DNA of 64,000 nt from Acidobacteriota bacterium (GTDB lineage Bacteria; Acidobacteriota; Polarisedimenticolia; Polarisedimenticolales; DASRJG01): positions 3,334 through 67,333 of the forward strand of contig JANMVW010000171.1 in the NCBI GenBank assembly GCA_031393555.1, read 5' to 3'. Below are positions 22,965 to 34,160 of the stretch, in pieces (the first letter of the stretch is position 1; each line of letters starts with the position of its first letter). The translations under genes were made by a program, and so were the position numbers. Below the pieces are notes generated by a model, which ran no database searches, had not been told where the DNA came from, and saw nothing but the letters and a program-made list of their open reading frames with translations.

Positions 22965-24231
22965 GAGGGTTCCTTTCCACGCGGACGGCGGCCTCGATGC
23001 CGGCCTCGTCCACCTCGATCTGTTCGCCACTCGTGAGATTCTTCAGACCGAACCGTCCCGTGGAGAGCTCGGTTTCGCCGACGAAAAGGGCGAAGCGCGC
23101 ACCGACGCGCTCCGCGCGCTTCATCTGCGCGCCCAGCGGCCGTTCGGTCAACGGCATCACCACGCGCAGGCCGCGTGCACGCAACGACCTCGCCAGGCCG
23201 ACCGAGGCCCGGAACCCGACCTCCCCCAAGCCCACGAGGACGAGATCCGACGCGACGACCGTTCGGGCCTTTTGCCCCATCACGAGGACGAGTCGCTCCA
23301 TCCCCGCGGCGAACCCAAAACCGGGGATCGCGGGGCCGCCAAGCTCTTCGACGAGACCGTCGTACCTCCCGCCGCCCAGCAGGGCGTTTTGCGCGCCGAG
23401 ACCGGTCGCGACGACCTCGAAGACGGTGCGCTGGTAATAGTCGAGCCCGCGCACGAGGCGAGGGTCGACGACGTACGGGATCGAAAACGCCTCGAGCGTT
23501 TCGCGCACGGAGTGGAAATGCGCCGCGCACGGCGCGCAGAGGCTGTCGGTCATCGTCGGGGCGTCCGCGAGCAACTTGCGGTCGGCCTCGACCTTGCAGT
23601 CGAAAACGCGCAACGGGTTGTCCACCGCCCGACGCCGGCAGTCGTCGCACATCGCGTGAACACGAGGTTTCAGCCACTGCGTCAGCGCCTCGCGGTAATG
23701 CGGGCGGCAGGCGGCGTCACCCACGGTATTCAGGCGCAGCTCGCGATCCTCGATGTCCAACGCGTGGAGAAGCGCCCAGACCATCTCGATCGTCTCGGCG
23801 TCGGCCAAGGGCTCCGCCGCACCGAGGAGTTCGGCCCCGATCTGATGGAACTGCCGCTGGCGTCCCTTTTGTGGGCGCTCGTGACGGAACATCGGGCCGA
23901 GGTAGTAGAGGCGTTCCGGGAATCCTGCGGCGATCGTGCGATGCAAGGCGTGCTCGACGAAAGCACGTACGACCGGCGCGGTGTTTTCGGGACGCAGCGT
24001 GACCGACTCGTCTCCCACGCCAAACGTGTACATCTCTTTGCGCACGATGTCGGTGCCGGCACCCACCGAGCGGGCGAACAACTCGGTCGCTTCGAAGATC
24101 GGCGTGCGGATTTCTCGGAATCCGTACCGCGAGAAGACCTCGTGGGTGGTCTCTTCCAGGAACCGCCACGCAGCGACCTCTTCGGGCAGGAGGTCTCGTG
24201 TCCCCCGAAGGGCTTGGTAACGTAGGGCCAT
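22954..24231 (-). CDS. hisS: Histidine--tRNA ligase
   Basis: MALRYQALRGTRDLLPEE..., class II motifs (FRHERPQKGRQRQFHQ, GGGRYDGL) and an anticodon-binding C-terminus are present. ATG 24240 is an alternative start. Confidence 0.9.
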   Translation of the reverse strand: MALRYQALRGTRDLLPEEVAAWRFLEETTHEVFSRYGFREIRTPIFEATELFARSVGAGTDIVRKEMYTFGVGDESVTLRPENTAPVVRAFVEHALHRTIAAGFPERLYYLGPMFRHERPQKGRQRQFHQIGAELLGAAEPLADAETIEMVWALLHALDIEDRELRLNTVGDAACRPHYREALTQWLKPRVHAMCDDCRRRAVDNPLRVFDCKVEADRKLLADAPTMTDSLCAPCAAHFHSVRETLEAFSIPYVVDPRLVRGLDYYQRTVFEVVATGLGAQNALLGGGRYDGLVEELGGPAIPGFGFAAGMERLVLVMGQKARTVVASDLVLVGLGEVGFRASVGLARSLRARGLRVVMPLTERPLGAQMKRAERVGARFALFVGETELSTGRFGLKNLTSGEQIEVDEAGIEAAVRVERNPHGC

Positions 24232-24254
24232 CTGGAGCATGGTATCGTGACCGC

Positions 24255-25169
24255 GTGACTGCGTGCCGCCTATCGCGCCATGGCGCGGCGTTTTTCGCGT
24301 TCGTCCTCATAGTGGCCCCCGGTTTTGCGCAGTACGGTTCCTCCGGTCCCGAGGTCCAGCCGAACAACTACCCGCCGGCGCTTCCCGCGCGCCGGGGACA
24401 AGGGCCGATGCTCGTTTTCGAGCGACTGGGAGAGATTGCGCTCCCGGGACCGCTCGGGGAGCGGCCCGGTTTTCTGTCCGACGGTGTGGTCGTGTTCCCC
24501 GTCGAGGGCGGTTGGGCGCGCGTGGCTCCCGAGACCAACGCCACGCCTTCGATCGTCCCTTCGGCCGAGTTGCCGGACAGACCGGAGTGGATTCCCTCCT
24601 CCGATGGAAAACGCCGTTACCGGACGACGGCGGAAGGACTGGTCGAAGCGCAACACCGATCCCGGACGAGGAAGAAATGGATCTCGTCGTGGAGGATCGT
24701 CGCGCCGAACTCGATCATGGCGCCGCCCATCCTGCTTGGCCCGCGCCTGTGCTACGCCGGGCTCGACGATCGCGTAACGTGCGTGCGCGCGAGCAACGGA
24801 CACCGGGTCTGGGCGGTTGATCTCGGGGACCGCTTGTCGCGGGGCTTGGCCTGCTGGCCGGCCTGCGGGACGGGGCCGATCGATGGGGAGATCCTGCTCG
24901 TCGTGCCGGATGACGGAGCCTCCTTGGTCGCCCTCGACGCGTACGACGGCCGCCGCGTCGCGACCTTCGACCTCCCCGCCCCGCTGCGTTTCGCCTCGTC
25001 GGCGCTCGTGGTATCGGGAGATCGGATCGCGATTGCACGCAAAGGATACGACGCACGGGATGCCGCCCTCTTGCTCTTCAGGTTGACGCCCGCGCCGCCG
25101 GCCACGCCGGCGTCCCAGCTACCCTATAATGACGGCTCCCCCGCACGGACCCGACCTTCTGGGAGGTGA
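24255..25169 (+). CDS. Secreted hypothetical protein, possible PQQ-like/BamB-like beta-propeller repeats
   Basis: The signal peptide is VTACRLSRHGAAFFAFVLIVAPGFAQ. Repeats resemble ...DDRVTCVRASNGHRVWAVDLGD... and ...ASLVALDAYDGRRVATFDLP. The start (GTG 24255) is inferred. The stop lies inside the RBS region of the next gene. Confidence 0.4.
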   Translation: MTACRLSRHGAAFFAFVLIVAPGFAQYGSSGPEVQPNNYPPALPARRGQGPMLVFERLGEIALPGPLGERPGFLSDGVVVFPVEGGWARVAPETNATPSIVPSAELPDRPEWIPSSDGKRRYRTTAEGLVEAQHRSRTRKKWISSWRIVAPNSIMAPPILLGPRLCYAGLDDRVTCVRASNGHRVWAVDLGDRLSRGLACWPACGTGPIDGEILLVVPDDGASLVALDAYDGRRVATFDLPAPLRFASSALVVSGDRIAIARKGYDARDAALLLFRLTPAPPATPASQLPYNDGSPARTRPSGR

Positions 25170-25172
25170 TTT

Positions 25173-27278
25173 GTGGCCCCGAAAACCGAGAGTCCGAGCC
25201 TCAGGGGGCTCGATCGAAAAGCGTTGCTCGAGATGTACCGATCGATCGTCTTGTCTCGCAAAGTCGACGACAGGGAGATCCAGCTCAAGCGCCAGAACAA
25301 GATCTATTTCCAGATCAACGGCGTGGGACACGAGGCCGTGGGCGCGGCGATGGGCCAGGTATTCCGCCCCGGCCACGACTGGTTCTTTTTCTACTACCGC
25401 GACCGCGCCGCTTCCCTGGCCCTGGGGATTACGCCGCTCGAGATGTTCTTGCAGGCCGTCGGCGCCAAGGACGAACCTCAAAGCGGCGCCCGACAGATGC
25501 CCTCTCACTTCTCGTCCCCGAAACTCCACATCGCCAACACGTCGTCGCCGACGGGAACGCAGTTTCTCCAGGCGTGCGGATGCGCCGAGGCGGGACTCTA
25601 CGCCGCCGAACGCGGCGAGCTTCCGGGAGTTCCTTTTGAGGGCGACGAGGTCGTCGTCGTCACGACGGGCGACGGCACGACGAGCGAGGGCGAATTCTGG
25701 GAGTCCGTCAACACGGCCTGCAACCGGAAGCTCCCGGTCGTCTACGTCGTCGAAGACAACGGCTACGCGATCTCGGTTCCCGTCGAGGTCAACACGGCCG
25801 GCGGAAGCATCTCGAAGCTGCTGGGTTCGTTTCCGAACCTCTTGATCCGCGAGGTGGACGGCTGCGATCCGCTCGCCACCGTCGAGGCGTATCGCGCCGC
25901 CGCTGCGCACACGCGGGCCCGCAAGGGGCCGGCGCTCGTGCACGCGCACGTCGTCCGGCCCTACAGTCATTCTCTGTCCGACGACGAGACCAACTACAAG
26001 ACGAAAGAAGAGCGTACGGCGGAAAGCAAGCGCGATCCCGTCGAGACGTTTCGCGCCACCCTCGTGCGGGAAGGAATCGTCGAACTGTCCGTCCTCGCGG
26101 CGATCGATGCGCAACTCGACGAAGAGGTCGCCCGAGCCGCAGACCTGGCGCTCGCGGCGCCCCGCCCCGAGCCGGCCTCCGCTCTGGAGTTCGTCTACTC
26201 CCCCACCGTCGACCCGACCTCCTCGACGTTTGCCTCTGAACCTTCCGCCGTGGGCCAACCGACGACGATGGTCGATCTGCTGAACGCGTGCATGAAAGAC
26301 GAGATGCGCCGCGATCCCCGGATCGTCGTCTTCGGACAGGACGTTGCCGATGCCTCCCGCGACGAGGCACTCTCGAAGGTCAAGGGAAAGGGCGGCGTCT
26401 TCAAGGTGACGTGGGGCCTGCAGAAGGAATTCGGGGGTACGCGCGTTTTCAATACGCCGCTCGCGGAGGCGAACATTCTCGGGCGGGCGATCGGGATGGC
26501 GCTTCGAGGCTTGAAGCCCGTCGTGGAAATCCAGTTCTTCGACTACATCTGGCCCGCGTACATGCAAATTCGAGACGAGCTGGTCACGATGAGATGGCGC
26601 TCGGGGAACGCATTTTCCTGTCCGCTCGTCATCCGGGTCGCGTACGGCGGCTACATCACCGGGGGCGCGATCTACCACAGCCAAACCGGGGCGGCGCTGT
26701 TCACCGCGAACCCCGGGTTGCGTGTCGTTTGCCCGTCGAACGCTACGGACGCGAACGGGCTGCTGAGGACGGCGATCCGCTGCGACGACCCCGTGCTCTT
26801 TCTCGAGCACAAACACCTGTACCGCCAGACCTACAACAAGGGCGCGAACCCCGGTCCGGACTACATGATCCCGTTCGGGAAAGCCTCGCTCGTCCGCGAG
26901 GGACGGGACGTGACCGTCGTGACCTACGGCGCTACGGTTCATCGCGCGCTTCAGGCCGCGAGGATCGCCGAGGAACGCGGCCTCTCGCTGGAGGTCCTCG
27001 ACCTGCGCTCGTTGAATCCGATTGATTGGGATGCCATCGCGGCCTCCGTGAGAAAAACGAGCAAGGTGCTCGTGCTCACCGAGGATTCCAGGTCTTGGGG
27101 GTACGGCGCAGAAATCGCGGCGCGCATCGGCGAGGAGCTTTACGCCGATCTCGACGGCCCCGTGCGCCGCCTCGCGGCGACCGACACGTTCGTCGCGTAC
27201 GCTCCGGAACTCGAGGATTTCATCCTCCCGCAGACTGCGGACATTCTCAAAGCCGTCGAGGAACTCGCCGCGTTTTAG
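25173..27278 (+). CDS. 2-oxoacid dehydrogenase E1 component, fused alpha/beta subunits (TPP-dependent)
   Basis: The protein is 701 aa. The alpha part contains the TPP-binding region (...[22 protein letters not shown]...). The beta part contains [38 protein letters not shown]. The start is GTG with a GGGAGGTG RBS. Confidence 0.8.
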   Translation: MAPKTESPSLRGLDRKALLEMYRSIVLSRKVDDREIQLKRQNKIYFQINGVGHEAVGAAMGQVFRPGHDWFFFYYRDRAASLALGITPLEMFLQAVGAKDEPQSGARQMPSHFSSPKLHIANTSSPTGTQFLQACGCAEAGLYAAERGELPGVPFEGDEVVVVTTGDGTTSEGEFWESVNTACNRKLPVVYVVEDNGYAISVPVEVNTAGGSISKLLGSFPNLLIREVDGCDPLATVEAYRAAAAHTRARKGPALVHAHVVRPYSHSLSDDETNYKTKEERTAESKRDPVETFRATLVREGIVELSVLAAIDAQLDEEVARAADLALAAPRPEPASALEFVYSPTVDPTSSTFASEPSAVGQPTTMVDLLNACMKDEMRRDPRIVVFGQDVADASRDEALSKVKGKGGVFKVTWGLQKEFGGTRVFNTPLAEANILGRAIGMALRGLKPVVEIQFFDYIWPAYMQIRDELVTMRWRSGNAFSCPLVIRVAYGGYITGGAIYHSQTGAALFTANPGLRVVCPSNATDANGLLRTAIRCDDPVLFLEHKHLYRQTYNKGANPGPDYMIPFGKASLVREGRDVTVVTYGATVHRALQAARIAEERGLSLEVLDLRSLNPIDWDAIAASVRKTSKVLVLTEDSRSWGYGAEIAARIGEELYADLDGPVRRLAATDTFVAYAPELEDFILPQTADILKAVEELAAF

Positions 27279-27280
27279 CC

Positions 27281-28528
27281 TCACCACCGCCGAGGCGCAT
27301 CGCGCACGACACGAACGGTGTCTCGCGCGATGAGGAGTTCCTCGTTCGTCGGGATGACCCAGGCGTCGAGTTTCGATCCGGGGGCGGCGATGCGAGCGGT
27401 CTCCCCGGGTGCGACCAACCGGTTTCGGTCCCTGTCGATGACGAGACCAAGGTGGTCGAGATCGGCGCCGATCCGCTCGCGAATGGCCGCCGAGTTCTCT
27501 CCGATCCCCCCCGTGAAGACGAGGGCCTGCGTGCCCGGGTACGTCGCGTAGTAGGCGCCGATGTACTTCTTCACGCGCAAGCAGAACATCTCGATGGCCA
27601 GGTGGGCTCGCCGATCCCCGTTTTCGGCCTCCTCCGCGAGAAGATCGCGCATGTCGCCGGTCAGCCCGGAGATTCCCAAGAGCCCCGATTGCTTGTTGAG
27701 CATGGCCTCGATCTCGTGGAGTCCCATCCCCTCCTTATGCGCGAGGAACTCGAGAATCGACGGGTCGAGATCTCCGGAGCGGGTTCCCATCAGGAGTCCC
27801 TCGACCGGAGTGAATCCCATCGACGTGTCGACCGAAGCCCCGGCTCGAATGGCGCACGCCGAGCAACCCATTCCCAGATGAAGCGTGATCAGGTTGACCG
27901 CTTCGCGCGGAATCCCGTGGATCGTGCGGTACCGGTACGCCACGTAGCGATGCGACGTCCCGTGAAAGCCGTACCGGCGGATCCTGTGCCGGCGGTAGAG
28001 CGAGTACGGGATCCCGTAAAGGAACGAGGTCTCGGGCATCTCGGAATGAAACGCCGTGTCGAACACGGCGACCTGCGGAATTCCGGATCCCAGGACATCC
28101 GCAGCCGCGCGCACGCCTCGCAGGTTGGCGGGGTTGTGAAGCGGGGCCAACTCGATGCACTCTTCGATCCCCTCGATCACCGCGGGTTCGATCCGCACGG
28201 AGCGTTTGAACCGTTCGCCGCCGTGCACGACGCGGTGCCCCACCGCGTGGAGATCCGCCAGGGACCGGATGCCGGGGATCCTGGCGTCGGCGGAGACGAT
28301 CCAGCGAAGGATCCGGTCGATGGCGCCACGATGGTCGCGGATCGGAGCATCCTCGATCACCTTTTGCCCACCTTCGGCCTGGAAGGTGATGAGGGCGAGA
28401 CTCCCGATCCGTTCGATCACACCGCGCGCGAGCCGGCGATCGGTGTCTTTTTCGATGAGGTCGAGGTCGGTCTCGACGATCTGGAACTTGATCGAGGAAG
28501 AGCCGCAATTGAGCACGAGGACGTTCAT
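27281..28528 (-). CDS. ackA: Acetate kinase
   Basis: MNVLVLNCGSSSIKFQIV..., HRVVHGG, YGFHGTSHRYV and IGENS motifs are present. Confidence 0.95.
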   Translation of the reverse strand: MNVLVLNCGSSSIKFQIVETDLDLIEKDTDRRLARGVIERIGSLALITFQAEGGQKVIEDAPIRDHRGAIDRILRWIVSADARIPGIRSLADLHAVGHRVVHGGERFKRSVRIEPAVIEGIEECIELAPLHNPANLRGVRAAADVLGSGIPQVAVFDTAFHSEMPETSFLYGIPYSLYRRHRIRRYGFHGTSHRYVAYRYRTIHGIPREAVNLITLHLGMGCSACAIRAGASVDTSMGFTPVEGLLMGTRSGDLDPSILEFLAHKEGMGLHEIEAMLNKQSGLLGISGLTGDMRDLLAEEAENGDRRAHLAIEMFCLRVKKYIGAYYATYPGTQALVFTGGIGENSAAIRERIGADLDHLGLVIDRDRNRLVAPGETARIAAPGSKLDAWVIPTNEELLIARDTVRVVRDAPRRW

Positions 28529-28587
28529 CGGGACCTTTCCTCCCTTGATGGCCCGAACAGGGCGAAGGAACCATATTGGAAGCTGTG

Positions 28588-29196
28588 ATGCGGCGCGTCC
28601 AGACCGGAATCCTCCTGAGCTTGGTGGCGCTCGCGTCGTCGTGCTCCCACGAGAAGCCGCCCGCGGCGGCGGTGGTCACAGCGCAACCCGCCGCACCGCG
28701 TCAGCACGTCGACGCGCAGGGGGGCACCGAGAAGCGAGGCCCGGGAGGGCTTTACAACGCCTGCGAGCGAATCTGGTGCCTCACGCACGAGCGGAACTTC
28801 GATCTCGAGCACTTCACGAACGGTCACGTCGGCTGGATCCTCCACGACGAAGGGAGCGGCGACATCTTCGTCCCGAAACGCCGGACGGGAGGCCCCGCCT
28901 TCCCGCAGGCCGCACTCAACGTCCTCGCGCTTTGCGGGAAGCACGTCCATCCGTACTGGCTGGGTGCGCGCTCGGGCCCCGTCACGAAAACCGGCTACAA
29001 CGTCGCTCTCGGCTACGATCGCGCTCACTTCCGCTCGTACGGGACCCGCATGATGGCGTGCTGCGTCACGGCCGAGGCGTGGGGGTTCCTTCATGCATCG
29101 GCCCCGCGGGAGTTCCGCTTCGGGGATCGGCGGACGCTGGAAGAGATGGCGGGGTCGGGCTGGCAAAAGGCGTTCCCGACCGCCGGATCTCCATAG
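28588..29196 (+). CDS. Hypothetical lipoprotein
   Basis: MRRVQTGILLSLVALASSC has a lipobox-like LASSC. GC3 stays high to the stop. I recognise no family. Confidence 0.45.
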   Translation: MRRVQTGILLSLVALASSCSHEKPPAAAVVTAQPAAPRQHVDAQGGTEKRGPGGLYNACERIWCLTHERNFDLEHFTNGHVGWILHDEGSGDIFVPKRRTGGPAFPQAALNVLALCGKHVHPYWLGARSGPVTKTGYNVALGYDRAHFRSYGTRMMACCVTAEAWGFLHASAPREFRFGDRRTLEEMAGSGWQKAFPTAGSP

Positions 29197-30253
29197 CGTG
29201 CCCGAAAAGTTTGGCCAGACGATTCGCCAAACCGGGAATCCGCCCCGAAAACTCCATCGCGCCCGAGCCGCGCGGTCGCGCGCCGTTGCCGTCAATCGTG
29301 ATCTCGCTGAGAGGAACCCCGGGAAGAAATCGCGACGCGACCGCAGAGCACTCCTCGAGCGCACCCGCGAAGTCACTTTCCCCCTCGACCGTGCCGCCAC
29401 CCGAGACGACGACCCGAAACGCCAATTCATCTCGGTCGTTGACGTCGAATGACGCGACAGCGCCGCCGTCGCCCCAAGGGGTCGACAGGCCGCCAACCTG
29501 TCGGGCCGAATAGAACCCCCAAGCGTCCTCGCCCTCGAGCTTGATGGCGTCGTGGAGGGCGAGCACCTCGGGGAGCGTCGGAGACGGCGGCGCCGTGGCC
29601 GTCTGCAAGACCATCCGCATCCGCGCGGCATCGCTCGTGACGAGCACGCGGTCTCCCACCGTGGCGACGGCAAAGCCGGAACCGTTGTCGTGGATCTCGG
29701 TCACCGCGATGCCGTCGACGTCCTGCGTCTCGCTTTTCTTCGCGTCGCGGCTCGCCACGAAGCGCATCACTTTCAACACCGCGCGCAGGCGAAACAGGCC
29801 GTGCGAAAAAGTCCCCCGCGCCGCCCAGCCCGCCGGAACCGGCGACCCCGAGGTTCTCTCGCTGATCGGCAGCGAGATCTCGAAGGTGAACGGCGCGAGC
29901 TGGTCGAGCCGCGCCTGTTTGTGCGGGAACGGGATCGCCTCGAAAACGGTCCCACGGAGGAGATTGCGGCGCGTGGCGTCGTTGATCTCGCTGAAGCGCG
30001 CGAACAACGCCGTAAGGCCGGTATCGTTCGGCTTCAGGTCGAGGCACCAATAACGCCCCTCGTCTCCGACGAGGAATGTCTCCGGAGGCCGCCCCGGCGC
30101 CTCGTCGCGCGCTAAACGCCATCCGATCAGTACGGCCCCGGCGACGACCAAGGCCGCGAGGCCCGCAACGACCACCGCGCAACCGGCAATGAACTTCCAC
30201 ACCGGATCTCGCGGCCGGGCGTCGGGTCGTCCGTCTGATCCGGTCCCGCTCAC
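29066..30253 (-). CDS. Hypothetical N-terminally membrane-anchored protein
   Basis: The start is GTG. One TM segment is present (WKFIAGCAVVVAGLAALVVAGAVLIGW), then about 330 aa with no recognisable motifs. GC3 is moderately high in the body. The Pro/Ser-rich tail overlaps the convergent lipoprotein gene. Confidence 0.45.
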   Translation of the reverse strand: MSGTGSDGRPDARPRDPVWKFIAGCAVVVAGLAALVVAGAVLIGWRLARDEAPGRPPETFLVGDEGRYWCLDLKPNDTGLTALFARFSEINDATRRNLLRGTVFEAIPFPHKQARLDQLAPFTFEISLPISERTSGSPVPAGWAARGTFSHGLFRLRAVLKVMRFVASRDAKKSETQDVDGIAVTEIHDNGSGFAVATVGDRVLVTSDAARMRMVLQTATAPPSPTLPEVLALHDAIKLEGEDAWGFYSARQVGGLSTPWGDGGAVASFDVNDRDELAFRVVVSGGGTVEGESDFAGALEECSAVASRFLPGVPLSEITIDGNGARPRGSGAMEFSGRIPGLANRLAKLFGHAMEIRRSGTPFASPTPPSLPASADPRSGTPAGPMHEGTPTPRP

Positions 30254-30292
30254 GGCGCAAATCTATCAGGTTTGCCGTGCTATCGTCACCGC

Positions 30293-31864
30293 ATGCGGCC
30301 GATGGATCGCGAGTACGATGTCGCCGTGATCGGTGGCGCGTTTTCAGGGTCGGCCTGTGCGCTCCTTTTGAAGCGGGACTTCCCGGATTTGCGCGTCGCT
30401 CTCATCGAGACGAAGCCGGTATTCGACCGAAAAGTCGGAGAGTCCGTCATCGAGCTGGGCTCGTGGTTTCTCACGCGCAAGCTCGGTCTCGATCGGCACC
30501 TCGCCATCAAGCACTTGCCGAAATACGGTCAGCGTTACTGGTTCCACAACGAACGCGTCCACCGGCTTTCCGACGCTTCGGAGCTCGGGAATTTCTATCA
30601 GTCGCTGCTCCCGAGCTACCACGTCGATCGCGCGGTCCTCGATGAGCACGTCCATGCGCTTGCCGTACAGGCGGGGGTCGACGACCTTCGTCCCGCGCGC
30701 GTCGTCGACGTCGCGCTCCGCGCGGGCTCGTCGCCGCGCCTGACGGTCGAGGAGGACTCGGGGCGCGCGTCGATCGGGACACGCTTCATCGTCGATGCCA
30801 CCGGACGCGCCGCTTGGTTGGCGAGACGCCTCGGCCACCTCCATCCGATGCCCGAGCATCCGATTCGCTCCGTGTGGGCGCGCTATCGCAATCTGCGTGA
30901 TTTTGACGGCGACTGGCTCGCGGCGCGCGACACCTCACGCGGACCGGGTCGGAGCGGGCGCTGCGGGGTCGGCTGCTCCCGGTCCCTCTCGACGAACCAC
31001 TTGACCGGCCCCGGATGGTGGGTCTGGGTGATCCCGCTCCCCGGCGGCGACACGAGTGTCGGGGTCGTTTGGGACGAGCGACTGTTTGCGCTCCCCGAGG
31101 GACGCAACCTCGGCGAACAGTTCGATGCGTTCATGACGAGTCACCCCGCGGGACGGGAACTCGTCGCCGGAGCCACCCGCGTCGAAAACGACCTTCACGC
31201 GCTGAAAGCGCTTCCCTACCGCGTCGCACAAGTCGCGGGCGACGGGTGGGCCGCTGTCGGCGACGCCGCGGGGTTCATCGATCCGTTCTACAGTCCCGGG
31301 CTCGACTGGGCGGCGCTCACGGTCACGAAAACCGTGGCCCTGATCGGCCGCGTGCTCCAAGCCGGGGCTGAGGGTCCGGCGACGGCGAAAGCGCTCGCGA
31401 AGCACAACCGCGAATTCACCGTGGGATTCTCGCGCTGGTTCGAAGCGCTCTACCTCGACAAGTACTACGTGATCGGCGATGCCGAGCTCATGGAGATCGC
31501 GCTTCGGGTCGAAGTGTCGCTCTACTACCTGGGTATCTTGACGGGGCCGTACCGCAGGGGCGAGGCGGGGCTCGACGTCCCGTTTTCCCATCCCCTCTCC
31601 CTCCCCTTCTACCACCTGATGAGTTTGATCACGCGCCGCCTCGCATCGATCGGACGCGCTCGGATGGCGGCGGGGACGTGGGGACGAAAAAACGCGGGGC
31701 GACACGTCTACCTCCCCGGCTTCAAGCTGGGACCGCGGATGATCAAGTACTTGCCCGGCGCCCTCGCGCGCCTCGCGCGTGCCGAATTGACCGCCGTGCC
31801 CGGCCGGTTGCGGCGGCCCAAGGCAGTCGAGCCCGAGACCGCGTCTCCGCTCAAAGCCTCTTGA
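30293..31864 (+). CDS. FAD-dependent oxidoreductase of the flavin-dependent halogenase-like / geranylgeranyl-reductase-like group
   Basis: The N-terminal dinucleotide fold is YDVAVIGGAFSGS. The WxWxIP motif (WVWVIP) lies at 31019-31036, and GDAAGFIDPFYSPGLD is also present. The start is ambiguous (30272, 30293 or 30302). Confidence 0.65.
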   Translation: MRPMDREYDVAVIGGAFSGSACALLLKRDFPDLRVALIETKPVFDRKVGESVIELGSWFLTRKLGLDRHLAIKHLPKYGQRYWFHNERVHRLSDASELGNFYQSLLPSYHVDRAVLDEHVHALAVQAGVDDLRPARVVDVALRAGSSPRLTVEEDSGRASIGTRFIVDATGRAAWLARRLGHLHPMPEHPIRSVWARYRNLRDFDGDWLAARDTSRGPGRSGRCGVGCSRSLSTNHLTGPGWWVWVIPLPGGDTSVGVVWDERLFALPEGRNLGEQFDAFMTSHPAGRELVAGATRVENDLHALKALPYRVAQVAGDGWAAVGDAAGFIDPFYSPGLDWAALTVTKTVALIGRVLQAGAEGPATAKALAKHNREFTVGFSRWFEALYLDKYYVIGDAELMEIALRVEVSLYYLGILTGPYRRGEAGLDVPFSHPLSLPFYHLMSLITRRLASIGRARMAAGTWGRKNAGRHVYLPGFKLGPRMIKYLPGALARLARAELTAVPGRLRRPKAVEPETASPLKAS

Positions 31865-32428
31865 CGACGACAAGCGCCTGTCCGGCCCGCACTTCCTGCC
31901 CGTCCACGGCGAGTATCTCGACGACCTCCGCTTCGTCGGGAAATCCCGCGCCGCCGTAAGCGATCGGATTGAAGGTTTTCATGACCTCGATCAATCCGAC
32001 CGGCCGCCCCGTCGCGACGCGCTCCCCGACGACGACATAGGGCTTGGCACCGAGCGCCGCCGCCCGGTAGAACACTCCGTCCGTCGGCGAAAGGAGCTCG
32101 AGGGCGCCCGGCGCGCGAGAGGATGTCGCCTCACTCGCTTCGGGGCGGGCCGTACGGGGGTCGGTCGGGGTGACACGAAACAGCGTTTCACCATACTCGA
32201 CGGGAAGCGCATCCTGAGTCCGGCCTTCGATCGCGACCCGGCCGCTGACGCCGTCGGGAACCACGAGGAGAAACCGCCGGCCCAGTTGGGTGAGCGTCCC
32301 GGCGGTCGACCCCGGCTCGACGAACGTCCCGTCTTGGGGAGGGTCGGACCAGAGGCCGAGCTTGGGCGCGCGCAGCGCGGTCCCGGCTTTGGGGTCGTTC
32401 ACCGCGAGCAGAGGAATCGCCGTGGGGC

Positions 32429-32432
<4 letters not shown>
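31851..32432 (-). CDS. Biotin carboxyl carrier protein with extra N-terminal lipoyl-like domain
   Basis: The C-terminal biotinyl domain contains [12 protein letters not shown], with the Lys codon at 31977-31979. ATG 32432 overlaps the carboxyltransferase stop (ATGA). Confidence 0.8.
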
Positions 32433-34153
<1,721 letters not shown>

Positions 34154-34160
34154 CGCCGCC

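Noticed and set aside
25119-27287. 722-aa minus-strand ORF antisense to the fused E1 gene
   Set aside because: It is a shadow ORF. The + frame encodes conserved TPP-enzyme motifs, while the minus translation is low-complexity Arg/Gly/Asp.
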